A stretch of 49,027 nt of DNA from a virus. Lineage: Duplodnaviria; Caudoviricetes. A program made the position numbers and the translations under genes. Positions 21,201 to 28,889 of the stretch are shown piece after piece. The stretch's first letter is position 1. Every line of letters begins with the position of its first letter. The stretch spans positions 1-49,027 of IMG/VR virus record IMGVR_UViG_3300037294_000081; one strand, given 5' to 3'. The notes below the pieces were generated by a model, which was given only the letters and a program-made list of their open reading frames with translations, was not told the origin of the DNA and did not search any database.

Positions 21201-21315
21201 CTGCAATGATAAAATCAATATTTGCTTGAATTAATGCGTAAGCCTTTGGAAATAGGTTATCATCTTTTGATAAGCCTGCTCTAAATACATATTCTGCTAT
21301 TCTTTTCTTTGCCAT
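15205..21315 (-). CDS. Giant modular virion/fibre protein (2036 aa)
   Basis: Gly/Ser/Thr-rich; N-terminal CVRD helical domain, repeated G..LGG..P.ND modules, and beta-propeller-like repeats (W.SVTYGN..FVAV...S.NG.TW). Confidence 0.85.
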   Translation of the reverse strand: MAKKRIAEYVFRAGLSKDDNLFPKAYALIQANIDFIIAEEIAYINYNIENNVSPYTGFQYDSSTCVRDVGYYLNAYLHDLRYGGNIETRNVSNYLWIDNLPQIGELALDPVLATHAFIKTLISDYVLTNTIPDIRYQLITSQVTIIGQDAEEGAQSRISDLIDIITGVISGGTPAIPAAVAGVGQIRLQGKYTPAELLLITNASLNEIIYNFTDSLLGGEFSYKAGKSSGGGQSGGLSDLDFPRYLQTSDSITSINLTVDTSAATSTDDIQIFVEDDVTTIRPWDFGTDAIERIRVSTPQAMLDADFEYGLQPTKWQAISLQRGYPSVYEIPGSDTSVISIITDASEPTGGVGNSLITVRSNGPHGFTVGQPITIKGLSTSVTGVGRAEGSFLITKVPSDLTFTYYAQAKVGISNGQELSSGSTQLRQASFYTGAAIGNPTISVFSNGASTTINSVGITPAGSSSIAFIGDAPTVGAPTVGGAIPLGAQVTGVLGTGGIVATKTAETSVSSGSTSIVLSDTTLIVEGMALDNGSGTTLFINNISGNILTLSDNLTASIRGNIQSYLGVAGSNIESVGINATFNVSLSGGDYVVVPNAEGTSYKLGDRINLIGTTVGGLTPANDVTLTVTNIGASEGIVESVTLTDPGTGYSDDTDVPTTTSGSGTGFTVNITQTAGVIDTATTSNPGLGYEVDDIITITGGNSDAIITILTVSAGGRITSVTASGAGVSVNGIYSEISSTSTTSVDGGNFNITVTREDGSGEYSIDVIIAGTGYLADETLTFAGTLLGGASPDNDLIVTVDTVDELGGISTFSLAGSGITGDQSFVGVIGLNLSPSGINALFSIQRNNGDYVSLSFTSGSNYSENIGILVLGTSLGGTSPTNDATITVNSVTAGGAIDSISITGTAIAGEPIDIYSAIEISESLTASLDAGTEIDSGAIPTLQASFVTNHGLLPGSGLLLNITSNPAPAISSIGTVVLPSSGTWSGITYSNGRYVAIRSGSSSAAVSINLESWSVGTMATSTTWTSVASGLVNDVVYYVAVASGGTVANYSTTGTTWTASTLPSSGTWTSVTYANGVFVAVRSGSTATARSTNGGVTWSAGGALSVSTTWTDVTGGIINENNIVIAIASGGTVVNYSIDDGVTWAATGVLPSSGTWSSVTYGNFRFVAVRSGSNATAYSTNGLTWTTGGTLPSSSTWSAVEFGNDVFITIASGTSTIASSYDGITWTLLNLTSTSNWNSLASGTIGPSNVWAAVGNNTNSQAITVVRNNHDVAAGPFLVSEVPNKTTVRWVARAQLSIDTSVSSLTGEVYARPDSFFVHRPYDGGVQLGTGSPQHGAQAVRQSKKYIRYQSGKGIMFTTGALFAPSYDLVSGTAESTIINSLITFTTDDTDHGLQVGGIIEVSGFQTAGYNGTFIVNSIINERSFDVRSNRSLTTTEAILGDNPKMSVKSWHGATVRSGPFDDQNGLFYQYDGQYLSLCKRSSTFQIAGSVSVNVDSNLVTGVNTRFTNQLKVGDRVVLKGMSHVITDVVSDTELTFNPDYRGVSNAVSAKMCLTADLIIPQTEWNLDRADGTGPSGYSIDVTKMQMIGIQYTWYAAGFVEFMLRGADGRFIFLHRIRNSNVNTEAYMRTANLPVRYEVINESAKDSLAAAMDESQTTILLYDAFYFPTAGVVYIDNELISFTGKSGNTLTGCVRSAGYQNFASGANRTYTAGPAAAHSTNTGVILISTTITPVISHWGSALLTDGRFDEDRGYLFTYASTGNTVSTTKKTAFLLRLAPSVSNALVGDLGERELLNRAQLLLREIAVSSDAVATNTGGIVIEGVLNPQNYPVDPGDIAWGGISGVAQGGQPSFVQIAPGGSVNWNSGAVQTTASATTSSTVSLTNRNFLYFTAASWEAIGAIVGTEIAASDTKFPAGTRVTQVFGPANYVGSSPGNEYVVYFSQSSNTTIAGGATVAFSFGQPPYALPGETVFSFIANPGETNSLILTELKELTNTTLGGRGTYPNGPDVLAINIYKTAGTSTVANLILRWGEAQA

Positions 21316-21324
21316 TTTTTTTCC

Positions 21325-22224
21325 TTAACCGCCAAATGCAATGCTGAATGCAGATATTCGTTGATCTACATAGTCTTTTCTTGTTGCGTGATATACTTCT
21401 GTTGGAGCTGTTTCAATACTTACAGACGTAAATTGTGATGATCCAGTAACAGATAAAGTTCCAGCTACTGATGAATTTCCTGTTATCGACACATCACTAT
21501 TAATAATACCTAGTATTGATAAATTTCCAGTGACTGTTAATTCTGTAAACTTGCCGCTAGCAGGTACTGATAATCCTACTGCAATATTATTCATTGATCC
21601 TGTGGACGATGCTACAGCTATTCCTGTTGCTGATACACTGTTGATTCCCAAAAAATCTTCAGGAGAATCTAATATTGAGGTTATTGTGATAATTAAATCG
21701 TTTGCCGGAGTTTCACCGCCTAGCAACGTTCCTGGAATAATAATAGTTTGATTAATATCAAATTCAATTCCGGGTGTTATCAGTGTTACAGAATAAACAC
21801 TATTATTTCTTGTTATATTAAACGATGCTCCACTTCCGGTATTATTGTTTATAACTCCAGTAGTAGTTTGTGAAATATCTTCGTATAATTGATATCCAAT
21901 ATCTTCAGGATTATAAATTCTTACTTCGCCGTTGATAACTGAAATATACGGTGTAGATGATTGACTAACAGTGAAATCACCGTCAATGTTTAGATATTGA
22001 AGAGTTCCTACTTTTTCCAAGTAGCTATTTTTTATGCCTTCACCGAAACTAATCGTGGAATCGAGCCCCGAAATTAATTCGATCCCGCCAATGATAACAT
22101 TTTGTACATCTAAATCGTTACTTAGCGTAAGGCTTGCGCCCGTAATCTCTCCGGTCGGCCCTACTAAAAATCCAGGGCTTTTGAATCCGCTTTTAGATTC
22201 AAAGGGTATGTACTTAACAGTCAC
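21325..22224 (-). CDS. Virion structural/fibre-associated protein
   Basis: GTG start with GGAG SD; carries a GTLLGGETPAND module and C-terminal HATRKDYVD fibre motif. Confidence 0.7.
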   Translation of the reverse strand: MTVKYIPFESKSGFKSPGFLVGPTGEITGASLTLSNDLDVQNVIIGGIELISGLDSTISFGEGIKNSYLEKVGTLQYLNIDGDFTVSQSSTPYISVINGEVRIYNPEDIGYQLYEDISQTTTGVINNNTGSGASFNITRNNSVYSVTLITPGIEFDINQTIIIPGTLLGGETPANDLIITITSILDSPEDFLGINSVSATGIAVASSTGSMNNIAVGLSVPASGKFTELTVTGNLSILGIINSDVSITGNSSVAGTLSVTGSSQFTSVSIETAPTEVYHATRKDYVDQRISAFSIAFGG

Positions 22225-22291
22225 TATTAATCTCCATTATTATTCCAACTACAACTTCTACAAAGTAATAGTATTTATGTAGCAAATTTTA

Positions 22292-22708
22292 TTAAGGAGT
22301 TAATTGATTCATTGTATGGAAGTAATGGGCGCTGAATATTAATTTACTACCGTTAGCTAAGGTTGAATTATCATTGATCGCCGGACTAACAATTAACGAA
22401 ACTTTTGAAGCAGATACGGTTGCTGTAAACTCTACAAGATTACTGTTGAGATTCGAACGTCCAAATACAGTAACCGCTGCTGAATCTGGGCCGGCAACCA
22501 ACAAACACTTGATAATCTCTTTTTCGTTATTTCCAAAATCTACAGAGACAGTATACTCTGCACTCATAAAATCGCCAACATACCATTCATCAATAACAGT
22601 ATTAGGGTATACTAATACCCAAGGACCTTTATGAGCTAAATTAACACCATTTTTCAGTAGAAGGGTGTTTTTAACATTTCTGGAGAAGTAAGAAGCAAAG
22701 TTAATCAT
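22292..22708 (-). CDS. Hypothetical beta-rich structural protein
   Basis: 138 aa; TAAATA-N5-ATG upstream. Confidence 0.65.
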   Translation of the reverse strand: MINFASYFSRNVKNTLLLKNGVNLAHKGPWVLVYPNTVIDEWYVGDFMSAEYTVSVDFGNNEKEIIKCLLVAGPDSAAVTVFGRSNLNSNLVEFTATVSASKVSLIVSPAINDNSTLANGSKLIFSAHYFHTMNQLTP

Positions 22709-22728
22709 AATTATATTTATCAGATATT

Positions 22729-22750
22729 AAAAAGCCCGAACGGGCTTTTT
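22729..22750 (-). terminator. Intrinsic terminator (UUCG loop, potentially bidirectional) ending the GT/carbamoyltransferase unit
   Basis: AAAAAGCCCG-AA-CGGGCTTTTT; reads GCCCG-TT-CGGGC then a T run on the minus strand. Confidence 0.8.
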
Positions 22751-24548
22751 AATCGTTGGCAATTTTGATTAACTTTTTGTATTCTGGCAAATACAAGTAT
22801 TCAATATCACACCTTGAAAGTGTATCGACAGCATCTTCGAGTGTTTCTACTAGCGGATCACCACCTAAATTAAAACTAGTATTAAAGATAATAGGACACC
22901 CTGTTTTATCATAAAACGTTTTAATCAAATCGTAATAGTGTTTATTTTGATCTTGCGTAACAGTCTGTATGCGACAAGTTCCATCAATGTGAATAATACT
23001 CGGAATCTTTTCAGCAATACCTGGTTGACAGTTTACAGCATACATCATTGTTGGGCTTTCTTCCATACCTCTCAGATCAAACCATTCGTGTACATGTTCT
23101 GCTAGAATACTGCCAGCAAACGGCCGGAAATATTCTCTATGCTTGACCGCATTAACAAAATCTTTACCGTCTTCAAATCGTGGATCAAACATCACACTTC
23201 TATTGCCTAGTGCTCGCGGTCCATTTTCTGAACGGCCTTGGAAAATAGTAACAATGTTCTTGCCTTCTAATAGGTCAACAACATCGGCGTGTGTAGCTTC
23301 TGTAATTACTGCTCCGTGCGAGTCAGCAAACTTAGTAATTTGTTCATTAGTATAATGATGCTCGGGTCCTAGGTATAGGCTGTTATTTCTTGGCAGCACA
23401 GTGGCATCTTCGCTCATTGCTCGCCAAAACATAAATGCTGCACCAATAGCTGTGCCGGCATCATTACTAACTGGCTCACAATATAATTCAATACCATCAT
23501 CTTTCAATGCATCAAGATAGTGATAGTTTGCTACACAGTTTAGGCCAAACCCACCGCTGATAACTACTTTTTTACGGCCTGTCATACTCACAGCCTTGCG
23601 AATCAATTTTACAACCTGATCTTGTGTTTGTTGTTGACATGCATAGGCAAGATCTCTACGATTTTGCAACAAGGTAATATCACTTGCATCGTTATTGCTT
23701 AGATAATCAAACAAATAAGAGTTAACCCAAGCACCGTTCGGATATGTCGGAACTATTAAATTTCTATTTGAAAGTGGATAGGTGCTGGCCTCGTCGAACA
23801 GCTTAGGAATATTAGGATTTTCAGTACCGTATGGAAATAACCCCATAGTTTTACCTGCTTCGATACTTGACCATCCGCAATATTGAGTAACTGCTTCGTA
23901 GACTTTTGTGATACCTGCACGATCTGTAATCATACATTCGTGTGTACCTTCTTCAAGATATGCGCTGCTGCTAAAGTCAGGAATAATCATGCCTACTGTA
24001 GGTCCACGCAGTCCAATGTGTTTATACACTGTCTTAAAAACAGATGGATAATCACAGTTAATGATTGACTCAACTTCAAATCCAGTTTCTTGACTGTCAC
24101 CTAAAGTTAACGGTATGAATGTACCTGCACCGTCTACAATAAGCGCCACTGCTTCGTCAAATCCGCTGCGATAAAATGCACAGGCTGCATGCAGCTTGTG
24201 ATGGATTCTAGCTACATCAATAACCTGCGGGTGATTTCCGCGCCCTGCGCTCTTTCTATCAATTAAGCCTAGTTTTCTAGCAAGCCCAGTATAGACATCA
24301 TCGCCAGAATAGTCAACTTTACCTGCAGTTTCTTGTAGACTTTGTGTATGTGCTACTACTAGATAATCTAGTTTATCAGTATAGTCTAAAATTTTAAGCA
24401 TTGAAGCATACGGGCCGCCATCATACTTTTGTCTTGTTAGTCGTTCTTCTTCTATGCTAAAAACAATTTCTCCGTCTTTTAGCAAACATATTCCTGCATT
24501 ATGCCCACGTGCAATTCCTGCAATCCATACTGATTTATTTTGTTGCAT
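22749..24548 (-). CDS. Carbamoyltransferase, NodU/CmcH/TobZ family
   Basis: EEERLTRQK, HH.LHA..AFY.SGF, DGAG, GKTMGL.PYG, SGG..LNCVAN, DAG.AIGAA, GR.E.GPRALGNRS, VK.RE.FRPFA, H.DGTCRIQTV, NTSFNL.G.PLVE. Confidence 0.95.
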   Translation of the reverse strand: MQQNKSVWIAGIARGHNAGICLLKDGEIVFSIEEERLTRQKYDGGPYASMLKILDYTDKLDYLVVAHTQSLQETAGKVDYSGDDVYTGLARKLGLIDRKSAGRGNHPQVIDVARIHHKLHAACAFYRSGFDEAVALIVDGAGTFIPLTLGDSQETGFEVESIINCDYPSVFKTVYKHIGLRGPTVGMIIPDFSSSAYLEEGTHECMITDRAGITKVYEAVTQYCGWSSIEAGKTMGLFPYGTENPNIPKLFDEASTYPLSNRNLIVPTYPNGAWVNSYLFDYLSNNDASDITLLQNRRDLAYACQQQTQDQVVKLIRKAVSMTGRKKVVISGGFGLNCVANYHYLDALKDDGIELYCEPVSNDAGTAIGAAFMFWRAMSEDATVLPRNNSLYLGPEHHYTNEQITKFADSHGAVITEATHADVVDLLEGKNIVTIFQGRSENGPRALGNRSVMFDPRFEDGKDFVNAVKHREYFRPFAGSILAEHVHEWFDLRGMEESPTMMYAVNCQPGIAEKIPSIIHIDGTCRIQTVTQDQNKHYYDLIKTFYDKTGCPIIFNTSFNLGGDPLVETLEDAVDTLSRCDIEYLYLPEYKKLIKIAND

Positions 24549-25617
24549 TTACGTTATTTCCTGTAGTTATAAGTGGCACCTTTACCGCTTTTTGATTTTT
24601 GGCTGATACATCATGCTCTGGATTTCCGCAGGTATTTTGTGATGAGATGGCTTTAATTTCAGGGGTCACACGAGACACTGGCTTAACATAAAATTTTTGT
24701 AACATTTTATCTACTGACTTAACAATCACATCTTCAATTTTGTCATTCATAGTCATAATACCATCGTTAATACGATCTACTGTTTCGTCGGGAACAAGTC
24801 TTATTGGACTATATTGTCTTAGACCTTCGCCCATATCTAAAATATCAAATTTTTCATAATCTGGATATGATACATTTTCAGCAAATGTTGAACCAACTAC
24901 AACAGTAGCTGGTTTGTCCATTGCATACGCAATATGCTGTCCAACACTATCGCAACCTAGAAAGTAATCTGCTGCTCCGATAATACCTGCCCATTGTCTT
25001 AGATTAATGCCTACAGGTTGTGCAACTGGCAATGAACACCCTTCTTTTTCAAAATTAAATTGAAATTCAGACATTAATATAACTGCGTATTTTTTTTGCA
25101 ATTGTTTTACTATAGCAACAACATTTTTATAATCGAAACTTCTGCCAGAAGAATCATAGATAGCTGTTTCAGTAGACTGTACTCCTCTACCAAAAGGCTG
25201 AAAAATTATAACTTTATCTTTGCCAGTTTTTTGTTTAACTTCAGTGATAGTTATTTGACCTTGTACAAGTTCTTCTGTGGACAATTTTAATGTTGGTTTT
25301 GATAATTCTCTGATCCCTTTGCCGTTAATTTCTATATCAAATGCTTGTGATAAATTGCATTTTTGGTTGTAATATTCCCAAACTCGATATGGTTCTACAC
25401 TACGAACATCCATATCTTTTAATTTATCTTGGAATAAATTTTTGTGCCATACATCATATGCTTTTGAATGTAATTTAGGATGCCCTTTATATAAATCCAT
25501 TCCTCCTTCACATACAATAATAAAATCGTCGTGTTCTTCTGCATACTTTTCTAATGCTGGAATTGAACATAATACACGGCCGGCGCCGCCATTAATATAA
25601 AATGCTTCTGGTCTCAT
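24535..25617 (-). CDS. Glycosyltransferase, GT9 (heptosyltransferase-like, GT-B fold)
   Basis: N-terminal GGAGRVLCSIPAL, IIFQPFG, LRQWAGII..ADYFLGCDSVGQHIAYAMDKPATVVVGST. Confidence 0.8.
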   Translation of the reverse strand: MRPEAFYINGGAGRVLCSIPALEKYAEEHDDFIIVCEGGMDLYKGHPKLHSKAYDVWHKNLFQDKLKDMDVRSVEPYRVWEYYNQKCNLSQAFDIEINGKGIRELSKPTLKLSTEELVQGQITITEVKQKTGKDKVIIFQPFGRGVQSTETAIYDSSGRSFDYKNVVAIVKQLQKKYAVILMSEFQFNFEKEGCSLPVAQPVGINLRQWAGIIGAADYFLGCDSVGQHIAYAMDKPATVVVGSTFAENVSYPDYEKFDILDMGEGLRQYSPIRLVPDETVDRINDGIMTMNDKIEDVIVKSVDKMLQKFYVKPVSRVTPEIKAISSQNTCGNPEHDVSAKNQKAVKVPLITTGNNVNATK

Positions 25618-25650
25618 AATTTCCTTTATATACTCAGTTTATTGTCTGAG

Positions 25651-25658
25651 TATTTATA
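25651..25658 (-). promoter_or_regulatory. Consensus T4 late promoter TATAAATA driving GT9 + carbamoyltransferase
   Basis: Exact TATAAATA on the minus strand, ~35 nt upstream of the GT ATG (AAGGA SD), just after a terminator. Confidence 0.8.
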
Positions 25659-25680
25659 ACGTTGAAATTAATAAGCAAAT

Positions 25681-25707
25681 AAAAAAGGCTCCCTAAAGGA
25701 GCCTTTT
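25681..25707 (-). terminator. Intrinsic terminator after the Cys-rich gene cluster
   Basis: AAAAAAGGCTCC-CTAAA-GGAGCCTTTT inverted repeat with a T run on the minus strand. Confidence 0.8.
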
Positions 25708-25722
25708 GTGGAGTAAATTATA

Positions 25723-26469
25723 TTACTCTGGGCTAATTTCGCTATCTGGTTCTATATCCGGTTCTACATCTGGTGTAAGTATAACTTTAGATTCTTCGCC
25801 GGTAGGCAATTCTACATCTTGTATTCTTGGATCAGTTGGAAAAGGAATCTGCCATGCATCCCATCCTGCAAATTTTTCAACAGTAGCGCCTAACTCTACA
25901 TGGTATGCTTCTAATTGAACTTTTAATTCTGTTGATGTTTCGGGATTAGCAATGTCAGCAGCAACGGATACCAGTATAGAATTTCTAACAATGTCGAGTT
26001 GTTCCATAGTAACATGTGCTTTCTTCCACGGAAACGGAGTATTCCATTGATTTATTTCTAGATTATATGTTATGTCTGCTACTTCGTACGTATGCTCGGG
26101 AGTTGTTATTTCAGATCTAGAGTAATAAACAGTATCGTCTCCTTTTAACTTATATTCTTTCTGCGGTAATGTAGATTGATCAGTAGTATCGACAAAAATT
26201 GCTGCAATTAATGGTTCTTCTCTAGCATCGATTAATAGTGCTTTTCTACCTCTACCTGCAAGTGTGTGCATAAAATCAGCTTGGGCATCAGTGCCATTAT
26301 CTGCGTGCCATCCTGACGAGTATTCAAGTTGCCCAGTTAATCGATCAACGGTAATCCAAATTTTCTCCGGACCAACGTAAGTCCACGTGGCGGTTAGCCC
26401 TTTGTCTGCTGTCTGATAAAGGTATTCATCGGGCATATCATATTCAAAATCAAAAGTTATGGTTGACAT
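25723..26469 (-). CDS. Hypothetical acidic protein, possible fibre assembly chaperone
   Basis: Follows the three Cys-rich genes; C-terminal R..IL...L..Y..EL...FP.DP pattern is reminiscent of phage tail-assembly chaperones. Confidence 0.55.
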   Translation of the reverse strand: MSTITFDFEYDMPDEYLYQTADKGLTATWTYVGPEKIWITVDRLTGQLEYSSGWHADNGTDAQADFMHTLAGRGRKALLIDAREEPLIAAIFVDTTDQSTLPQKEYKLKGDDTVYYSRSEITTPEHTYEVADITYNLEINQWNTPFPWKKAHVTMEQLDIVRNSILVSVAADIANPETSTELKVQLEAYHVELGATVEKFAGWDAWQIPFPTDPRIQDVELPTGEESKVILTPDVEPDIEPDSEISPE

Positions 26470-26481
26470 CTATTTCTCTCT

Positions 26482-27507
26482 TTAACTGTAAGTTATTCTA
26501 ATTAATCCAGGACGACCCGGAGTTCCGCATGCACATGTGCCAGCACATAACATAGGAGTTAATCCACCAACTCCCGGAACATACTGAGCTTGGCTAAACG
26601 CCCAGCCAGTGGCTGATGCAGCTTGACACATTTCAAAATCTAGGTAGTTATTACCACGAGTTCCGATAACACTTACTCCACCGAGAGCATTTACTAATCC
26701 CGCTGGATAGGCAACAAACGCTTTATTATTACAATTGTTGTCAATACAATTTACCCAATAACATCCGCGCACACCTTGATAATTAATATCGCCGCCATAT
26801 GCTAACGCTTGAATTGATTCTGTTCCTGTAATAGTTGTACTAGTAACTGTTTGCGATCTATCAACAGTCCAAGATAATGCACTTCCAGAAATAATAGTAG
26901 TATCGGCAGTAACTCCTGTGCCTGTTAATTTCATTCCTGCAGTTACTATACCTGCACTTATTGTGCCAATAGTTAATGTTGTTCCTGTAATAGTCGATGC
27001 ATCCATTGTTGCAGTAAGTCCAGCTATTCCGCAAGTACATACCGATTGGCAACACTGTGTAGGGCCTTGCGGACTACAATTGAAACAGCCAGACGCGCCG
27101 CCTTCAGCACAGAAGTTGGTTAAGCCAGTACCTACTACCCAAGTGGTACATCCACGGCATCCAATCTGTGCATCCGAACAGTATGTTGCTGGAGCATTAA
27201 ACAATTCATAGCAACTACCAGGAGCTACTGTAATTGCTTTCTTTGAAAATGCACCTGATCCGCCGGGTGGGCCGTATCCGCAACATCTGCCACCGCCGCC
27301 TGCGCCGCCACCGCCCCAAATTTCAAAAGTAGCCTGGCTGACTCCGGAGGGAACAATCCAAGTGTAGCAACAGTTTTCTTGATAACCGTCTTGAAAACAT
27401 TGATGGCAAGTTGATTGAAAAATATGCTGGCAACCGTCTGGTAGTTGAATAGTCTCAAAACTTTTTCCAGGTACTGTTGTTGATAAAAGTGATCTTAATG
27501 TTGTCAT
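26482..27507 (-). CDS. Cys/Gly-rich paralogue 3 (putative fibre tip/adhesin) with a Thr-rich insertion
   Basis: W.VP.G....FEIWGGGG.GG...GGSGA..KK, NFCAEGG, C-terminal G..G..RITY; about 25 Cys. Confidence 0.8.
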   Translation of the reverse strand: MTTLRSLLSTTVPGKSFETIQLPDGCQHIFQSTCHQCFQDGYQENCCYTWIVPSGVSQATFEIWGGGGAGGGGRCCGYGPPGGSGAFSKKAITVAPGSCYELFNAPATYCSDAQIGCRGCTTWVVGTGLTNFCAEGGASGCFNCSPQGPTQCCQSVCTCGIAGLTATMDASTITGTTLTIGTISAGIVTAGMKLTGTGVTADTTIISGSALSWTVDRSQTVTSTTITGTESIQALAYGGDINYQGVRGCYWVNCIDNNCNNKAFVAYPAGLVNALGGVSVIGTRGNNYLDFEMCQAASATGWAFSQAQYVPGVGGLTPMLCAGTCACGTPGRPGLIRITYS

Positions 27508-27523
27508 ATATATATTTTCTCAA

Positions 27524-28399
27524 TTAACTGTAAGTTATTCTTGCAAATCCTGGATTGCCGGGAAATCCGTAACAGCATCCGCCGCCACACGATGTTGCGG
27601 AGATGCCGCCACGTCCTGGTAAAAAATTATAATTTGGGTCCAACGAATAACCGATACTAGGAATACACTTTAACCATTCTTGGTTACAGGCGTTCCCTTG
27701 CACTCTAGTAGCAGTAAACCCACCACCTTTGTTGACTAATCCGCCGGGAAAAGGAACAATATATTTCCAGTTGCACGGATTACAAGAACATTGTGCCCAT
27801 AGGTAACCAGGACGACCCGGAGAACCTTCGTCGGCACCATAGTAGCATCTGCAGTCAGTTTCTGTGTAGCATAAACGAACGTTGCCGTTGTTGTTACCTG
27901 CACAATTGTAATTTCCCCAGAAGGTAAAGCAACAGGTTCTCCCGCTAAACCCACCTTCTGCACAGAAGTTGCTTAACCCAAATCCTGTAACATAAGATTG
28001 ACATCCGATAATTCCACAACAGGTGGCCGCACAGTCAGTTGGATATCCCATTAGGATGTTCCAGCAGCATCCGCCTAAGGTTCCTGTAACTGTTTTCTTA
28101 GCATAGGCACCACTTCCGCCCGGTTGACCTTGTTGGCAGCAGCATGCACCAGCGCCACCACCACCACCGCCCCAAATTTCAAATGTGACGCTGGAAGTTC
28201 CTGTAGGGGCACACCAGTTACACATACAATGGCCTTCGTAGGAGCTGTCCGGTGTGTACTGACAGTACATTGGCATCAGTAGTACGCATCCTTGTGGTTG
28301 TAGAGATTTGTTTGCTGAGTACGCAGTATCGTCTCCGTTAGTGTTGGCACTGTATCTGTTTGAGGCACCCTCGTATAATAATGTTCTTAAATTTGACAT
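27524..28399 (-). CDS. Cys/Gly-rich paralogue 2 (putative fibre tip/adhesin)
   Basis: Same FEIWGGGGGG / NFCAEGG / RITYS scaffold; about 29 Cys in 291 aa. Confidence 0.8.
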   Translation of the reverse strand: MSNLRTLLYEGASNRYSANTNGDDTAYSANKSLQPQGCVLLMPMYCQYTPDSSYEGHCMCNWCAPTGTSSVTFEIWGGGGGGAGACCCQQGQPGGSGAYAKKTVTGTLGGCCWNILMGYPTDCAATCCGIIGCQSYVTGFGLSNFCAEGGFSGRTCCFTFWGNYNCAGNNNGNVRLCYTETDCRCYYGADEGSPGRPGYLWAQCSCNPCNWKYIVPFPGGLVNKGGGFTATRVQGNACNQEWLKCIPSIGYSLDPNYNFLPGRGGISATSCGGGCCYGFPGNPGFARITYS

Positions 28400-28889
28400 A
28401 TTAGTTATAACTCACCTTAATAAAACCGCCGCCGCCACTGACTCCGCAGTAGCAGTTGCCACCTTCCGACGCGCTAGACGAGCCACCCATTCCTGGAGTT
28501 TTTAGACTTGCGCCGCCCATTAATCCGTTCTGTGCTTTGTAAGAATGCGCATTAGGAACACTGTTCCGGCCTTCTTTTCTCACAGCTACAAATGCTCTAT
28601 CGCTAGACAACATTCCAGCAGCAACTGGCATTATGTCTTTATAGTAGCAAGAATTTATGTTACAATTGCTAGTAAACAATCCGCCGCTGCAACCCGCAAC
28701 TCCGCAGTCTGCGCCAAAGTAACATGCACAGCATCCTGCTATTGGAAAGCAAAAGCCGCAGCCCTGGCCAAACCCTGCAGGAGTGGGTGCTTGGAAACAT
28801 GAGAACATGTTGCACCATGTACATCCGCCGTAGCCACCTTCTGCACAGAAGTTGCTTAACCCAAATCCTGTAACATAAGATTGACATCC
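27951..28889. repeat. 56-bp perfect direct repeat shared by paralogues 1 and 2 (27951-28006 and 28834-28889)
   Basis: CCACCTTCTGCACAGAAGTTGCTTAACCCAAATCCTGTAACATAAGATTGACATCC at both positions. Confidence 0.95.

Noticed and set aside
27951-28889. Diversity-generating retroelement TR/VR pair
   Set aside because: The copies are identical rather than differing at adenines, both are mid-gene, and no reverse transcriptase is in the window.
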